Source of the DNA: Octopus vulgaris
Taxonomy: Eukaryota
NCBI GenBank assembly: GCA_951406725.2
Contig: OX597829.1
Span: 22,568,001-22,632,000 of the forward strand
Reading direction: 5' to 3'
Length of the DNA: 64,000 nucleotides
Below, one piece after another: positions 57,840-64,000 of the stretch. How positions within the stretch are numbered: position 1 is the first letter of the stretch; each line of letters starts with the position of its first letter. A program made the translations under genes and the position numbers. The notes under the pieces are model-generated. The model was not told the origin of the DNA and made no database searches. It worked only from the letters and a program-made list of their open reading frames with translations.

Positions 57840-58100
57840 TTGAATGGTTACAGCTCTTGTATTATGAGCATGTGATTAAAATATTGCAGGAAAGAACTGC
57901 AAAACAGATTCTTCAAACTGAGCCAACTGGCAGGAGAGCTATTGGTAGCCCAAGAAAGAGATAGTTGAATAACATCCATAGTTTCAGTTCATCATTCTTG
58001 GGAATCCAAGTGTAATGGTGGTCATTTCTGATGGGACTCTATGGAGGAGATGCCAGAAGAATTTATCCCTATGACACTTCTAGGAACAGCAGGCAGAAAA
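57840..58100 (+). mobile_element. Highly decayed RTE-like 3' ORF remnant
   Basis: YEHVIKILQERTAKQILQTEPTGRRAIGSPRKR, resembling GHV.R..R..K.....G.R..GRP.KRW. Confidence 0.45.
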
Positions 58101-58604
58101 AAAAATGGATAGATGGCAAAAGAATTTCTTTTTAATTGTTTAATTTTATTTTTAACCGTGAATTCAAATCATGATTTTAATTAATAATTTGCCATCAGTG
58201 GTAAATTATAATTAATACTTCACCATCCGTGAATATGTAAATTAATCAATGATAGGTGAATAAATTAGTGAATTGCTGTTTGTAAATTTTCTAAAACTGT
58301 TTGTACATGTTGCAATGTATTTATAATTTATTTTGTAATTCATTTTGATTACTTGGGATAAATTTGGCAGCACAGGTAAGACAAGTAAAAATCCATGTTT
58401 GTGGCTGTAGTTTTTCTCTCTCTCTATTGGTCAAATATAGTGTCTGTGACTAAGTTTATTAATTCTGCTTTAGCCTTTTTGATACCTAAAACTGCTTCTT
58501 CTTCCAAATATAATATTTTTTTGATATCATAAGAATTTAGAAACATCAAGAGAACACAAAATAATTCATTTTTAACAGCTAAGCTCCAATAAATAAAACT
58601 GTTA

Positions 58605-58975
58605 ATCTTTTACTTGTTTCAGTCATCAGATAGTGGCCATGCTGCAGCACTGCCTTGAAGAATTTTTAGTCAAGTGTATCAACCCCAGTCCTTATTTTTT
58701 TCTAAAACCGGATACTTATTCTATCAGTGTTTTTCACTGAAGCGCTAAGTAACAGGAATGTAAACAAACCAGCACTGGTTGTCATGTGGTATGTAGGAGG
58801 GACAAATACAGACAAAAGGTTACACACACACAAACACATACATACATACCAAATCCTCCCACAAGCTTTGGTCGGCTCAAAGCTACAGTAGAAGACACTT
58901 GCCCAAGGTGACATACAGTGGGACTGAACTCAGAGCCACATGGTTGGGAAGCAAACTTCTTGCCATGCAGCCATG
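58605..58975 (-). mobile_element. Old SINE family A copy
   Basis: Diverged reverse-complement similarity to family A. Confidence 0.7.
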
Positions 58976-59299
58976 CATGTGTCTATTGATAATAGCTTTG
59001 ATAGAAAAAATTCAAAGATTAGCCAAAATTTCCTATCCAAAATGTTTTTCTTCAAACATAATAACATCTGTTTTAAGGAGATCTCAATTAGAACATTCTT
59101 CCATGAAAATTTCATGTTAATTTATACGCCAAATTATGTTACTAAATTCTTCATTTTTTTCTAAATTAATTGAAAGAAAGGCAGTATATTTCATCAGAAA
59201 TATGGCAACATTAAAATCAAAATATCAAAATAATGATAGATGGATAATAACTGAGAAATGAGATAATGGAAAGTGTATTACTCACTCTACACTGAGTAA

Positions 59300-60400
59300 C
59301 ACTGAGTAACACTCACCACCTCTGAGTCCTGAGTCCTCTTTAGTCTTTGATCCAGCCTTTCATTTACCGTTTTCCCCATTGCTGAGTGACAACACTCTCT
59401 CCTCCATATACACATAACTTTTTTCACCGGGGAAGGGGGTCTTGTAAATTTTGTGGTGTCTCTTCTTTCTTCTTTTTTTTTCCTGTGGGGAGAGGGGGTG
59501 GGTGGGTTTGGTGTCTGTATAGGGAGGGTGGGTCTGAGTGGTCTTGGGTGAGATGGAGTTGGTCTGGGGGGTCACACATCACACTGACTGTTGTTCCTCT
59601 TCTTTCTCTTTTTCCTTTTATTCTCTGACACTGTCCATTCATTTCCCTTGTTCCATCCATCTATCTGTACTTCTTCCTTTTTCTCCTCTGTCTCCACCAC
59701 TGCTTCTTCTGTCGCTTTCCTCTGCAGAGGGCAGTACACTCTAATATGGCCCTTTTGGCCACATTTAAAACATCATGGGATTCTGCCCTCTACCCACACT
59801 CTTAACTCAGTCTCTCACGACGTTACCGTCTCTGCCAAACTCTCCTATTGCCTCTCCTCTGCCTCTATAATGAGGTCCAGTGTTTTTCCTCTCCACCCTC
59901 CATCCTCTATCTCTGTGGCTTGGAGGACAGCCACTTCCTCCTCGCTTCCAATGAGGACGGCTACCGCAAGCCAAGCCACTTCTATATCGGGTGGAATTCT
60001 TTCTACCCTCACCTTAGAAGACTTTCTTCCAAGGTATGTGGGTAGAAGTACCACTTCCTCCATTTTTACAGTTGTACTCGCCAGCCTCTTTGCCTCCTCC
60101 GTTGTCCTAAATTGGACAACCACCGTCTCATATCCATTTCCTTTCACTATGTATGTCACTTCCTTCAAAAGCCCCTTCAATGCCTTTTCTACTTTTTCCA
60201 TCTCCTTTCACTCCACCTTCTTACTCTCCACTGAGTACACCTTGTAGGTAATGGTCTTCTTTTCCATATTTTCCATAATCCTTTTTGGGGGTAATAACTT
60301 TACGTCACTGCCCACCTTCTGTGTCATCTTACTCAGCTCCTTCAGTCCAGCTAGGTCCACTTCCCTTTTTTTCACCTAATTGAGGAACAGAAAAGAAAAA
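59300..60400 (-). mobile_element. Decayed gag-like/ORF1 region with CCHC zinc knuckle (L1/Tx1-like ORF1 suspected)
   Basis: ORF 59845-60201 continues through stops to CFKCGQKGHIRVYC (CX2CX4HX4C) at ~59731-59772. Confidence 0.65.
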
Positions 60401-60461
60401 ATGGAGTCTAGCATTAGAGGGGAAGCATGGCTACATCAAGTTGGAAGAGAAGAGAGAGAGA

Positions 60462-60505
<44 letters not shown>

Positions 60506-60541
60506 CAGAGAGAGAGAGAAGAGAGAGAGAAAGAGAGAGAG

Positions 60542-60573
<32 letters not shown>

Positions 60574-61149
60574 AGATGGTGAAGATATGATGGGGAGTTG
60601 GTGGATCAAGAGAACTGGGGATTGGAGGAAAGTCAGTGGTGGGATTAGTTCAAGTGATTACGAAAAGAAGTGTGTACATATATTCATTTGAAGAATTTCA
60701 TATGGAAAATCTTTGTAAAGTCTATCAAATTTTCACTGCGCTTTTGATAGATTGGATTTGGAAGATGTTTGTCAGTTCCTTTTGCTCCTTCTTAGAAAAT
60801 TCCAGCAGTTTTCAATGTGTACATATATGCATATGTGTTCTTTTCTGTTTTGAATTATTTGAATTCTTCCCGTAAAGAAGGAGCTGGTTTCTAATAAAGA
60901 TACAAAGCTCCATCATTGGAATGTAGATTAAAAAAAAAACAACAAATTCCTCATGTGCCAATTCTGCCCATAAGAAAGGAACAAATAATACAATGTGGCT
61001 GTAGGTCATAACACCTGGGCAATGCCAGGGTGCATTGCTAGTATATATATATATATATATTTATATATGTATACACATGTGCATGCATCAATGTAAGTAC
61101 TTTTATATATATATATATATATATACATGTGCATGCATGAATGTATGTA

Positions 61150-61203
<54 letters not shown>

Positions 61204-61295
61204 ATAATAATATGAGGTAATATTATTCCAAAGTTACAGGGAAAAATTCAATTTAGAAATACTAAATCAAATTTTACAAAATATAAATATATATA

Positions 61296-61799
61296 TCTAT
61301 ATATATAAAACTCTAGTTGTGTGAGTGTCTGTCCCCTTCGATTTAGATTCCTAACTCCTCCCACATTTTGCGGTGCAGTTTAACCAAATTCGGGTATCTT
61401 ATAGTTGTGATTCATATCGAGCCCGTCTGGCTATTAGCGAGCGTCTACGATGAGTCTACGATTTTAAAAATAATTTAACATCATTTTTTATTCCATTTTA
61501 ATGCATATTTTTTCGTGTGTCGATGGCGGCGGAGTTGGCGTCCACGCTCACAGCTGCACCTGTTTGCTTCTCCCCCTTCCCTCTCTCGTGAAGCTGTGGG
61601 GAAGGGAGTGTAAAGAAATCAACGTCGTAATGCGTTGTGAAGGAGACCAGCGTTCTTTTAGAACAACGACTTCATGGCTTGAAGACACCAAAACAAAAAT
61701 GGCTAAGAAAGCCCGAATTTATAAGGGAAGTAACTCTCTAAAAATGCTTATATAGTTATTTCCCTTACAAACCCGAGCAACGCCGGGCGATACTGCTAG
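61296..61799 (+). mobile_element. Non-autonomous Helitron family H1
   Basis: A|TCTATATATATAAAA start; CCCGAGCAACGCCGGG hairpin, then CTAG|T end. Confidence 0.88.
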
Positions 61800-62141
61800 T
61801 ATATATATAAAATACAAAATGGGACAAGAATGTAAAACATCCGGACAGCTAGGTGATACAAAAAGGGACAACAAAACATCCAGATAGACGATACAAAGAA
61901 AACAAGGACAGGTCATTCGAAGTTTTTTTTCCTCAGTCAAGCACCAGATTATCCTCGTAATTTCAGCTGATTATTCTTGAGATTGCTCCAATCTGGCCAA
62001 CCCCAAGGAAAAAAATAAGCTAAGAGCATTAGATTCCTTGGAAGAAAGCAGTGAATGTATACAAAAACAAGTACATTGTTATACAAATATAAATACAATA
62101 AAAATAACAGGAAATAACATATATATGTATGTATATGTATG

Positions 62142-62207
<66 letters not shown>

Positions 62208-62451
62208 GTTTATATCTATTTCATTCCCTAATTTTGGGTTTTTTTATTTGCATACACAGCAAACCTAGCTGCTAGCCATAAGCTATAAAATAACTTTTTT
62301 CAGCTATCAAACTTTGATATGGGAAAAATCTACAACCTTCTAAGCTTCCATTGTTTCTGAAAGTTGTTTTTTATATCTTCTAGGGATTGCTCAAAGCTTA
62401 CTAACTTCCTATACTTGGATCCTTGGATCTTACCGTTACCTATTAATATAT

Positions 62452-62498
<47 letters not shown>

Positions 62499-62528
62499 AA
62501 ATGAGAAAATGGAGAAATATATCTATAC

Positions 62529-62905
62529 ACGAGCAAAACGCCCCTCCCCCTGTCCAATGGACGGTACTGAGTTGTCAGACATTTGAACTAAAGTTTCTCA
62601 AAACAACTTGTCCGACCGTCCCATAGGCCGCCCCTTTGAGAAACACTGATTTAACCTAAATTTGAGACACCAGCAAAAGAAGAAATAAAAATAGACTTAT
62701 TTTCTATTCCAAAGAAAAATTAATTCCCACGGCTTTATCGATTGCATTCTCACCTGGAATCGATTTTTGTAATTTTTTCATGACTTATACACGCCCTAAT
62801 ACCGTTGGTATCTACATATCAAATTTGAGTGCAATCGGATGGAGGATGCCCGAGATCCTAGAAGCCACACACACAGACAGACAGAACGGATTTTATATAA
62901 TAGAT
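62529..62905 (-). mobile_element. Helitron-like family H2 copy
   Basis: Termini match 34861-35418 in reverse complement. Confidence 0.5.
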
Positions 62906-63193
62906 ATGTTTAAATGTATATATGTATGTATGTATGCATGTATGTATGTATTGCATATACACATATGTATACTGTGTCTCGTGTGCGTGTGTGTGTATAA
63001 TATGTATGGTAGTAATAATTTTATAGTTGGGTATATCACTTGTATTATGCTGTTTAAAGCCTGTTCACTGTATTCGGTTACCTGATGTGATCAAGAGTGT
63101 TGATTTAAATGCCGCTGGATTTACATCAGGAATTCCTTTGTGTTTTTAGAGTTTATATAAAAAAAAGATGAGAGACGCAAAATGGAATTCACA

Positions 63194-63291
63194 AGACTCT
63201 TTATTCAGAACCACAACAACTGTTTCGAATCATTTTGCACATGATGAAACAATGAGTCGAAACGATCGTAGTGACTCTGAATAAAGAGTCT
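63194..63291. mobile_element. Small inverted repeat with a decayed hammerhead (63238-63273)
   Basis: Arms AGACTCTTTATTCAGA and TCTGAATAAAGAGTCT; motif CAC-aTGATGA-aAC aatga GTc-GAA-ACGATCGT-A-GTG. Confidence 0.5.
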
Positions 63292-63756
63292 CTTAAATTA
63301 TTTTACGTGCCGCTAGTCTTTTTATGTTTGTGTAATATGTGTGCAAATAACAATGCACTCTGGCATGTGTGCGTGTGTGTGTGTGTGTGTGCATTTATGT
63401 GTGAACGTGTTTATTTGTGTGTCTGCGTGTGTGAGTGCATGTGTTTGTGAATGTGTGTGTGTATGTGTGAATGCGTGCATACCCATGTGTGCTGTGTGTG
63501 TATGCTTACATGTCTTTGTGTTGTGTATGTGTGAGTATTGCGTTTGTTGTTCTCCTGCATTCTTTACCACCAGACAACAAAGAAGCCTCTTAACTGGTTG
63601 CTCGACCTGCTAGAAACAGCAAGCGAGTCTTTCTCAAATCATACCACCCCCTCCTACCGTTGTTTTTAGAAAAAGGAGCATGTTTGAAATAATACGGTGC
63701 TGGATTCCTCATACAAAGGAGGAAGACAGGTTGGTCATGGTAGGAAAGCGTTCAGT

Positions 63757-63819
<63 letters not shown>

Positions 63820-64000
63820 GTTCAATCAAGATGTTAAAGTATATAACAACAGTCGATGTTCCTCCGCCCTCTCCTCTCCAGACTGTCTTCTTGCCTTAAT
63901 TTTGGTTACAACCAAAATCTTTTGTCTTTGGAGTAAACAGAAGAAGAAGAAAAAAAAAATGCCAGGAGTGGAAGGGGCAAGATAACGGAGGTGAGGGGTG

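Overview
AT-rich, extremely microsatellite-dense animal genomic DNA. The repeat families resemble those of octopus/cephalopod genomes (inference from pattern recognition, not a database match). No intact protein-coding gene is supported, and nearly all ORF-track entries are microsatellite or SINE artefacts. The window is a nested patchwork of: tRNA-derived SINEs; decayed non-LTR retrotransposons (four R4/Dong-like RT/RLE fragments, RTE 3' ends, a gag-like CCHC ORF1); a decayed Penelope-like element (RT + GIY-YIG); Tc1/mariner relics; and non-autonomous Helitrons. The most notable signal is a dense set of minimal type I hammerhead-ribozyme motifs from roughly 7-8 unrelated repeat contexts, including U3-A8 and C4 core variants, many arranged as inverted fold-backs. 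One family is the Penelope 3' terminal repeat. It carries a tRNA-like Pol III head plus a hammerhead and has spread as head-to-head palindromic units, one with a 12-bp TSD. Two candidate spliced exons lie at ~52.3-52.8 kb (minus strand). Coordinates were read by eye and may be off by a few bases.
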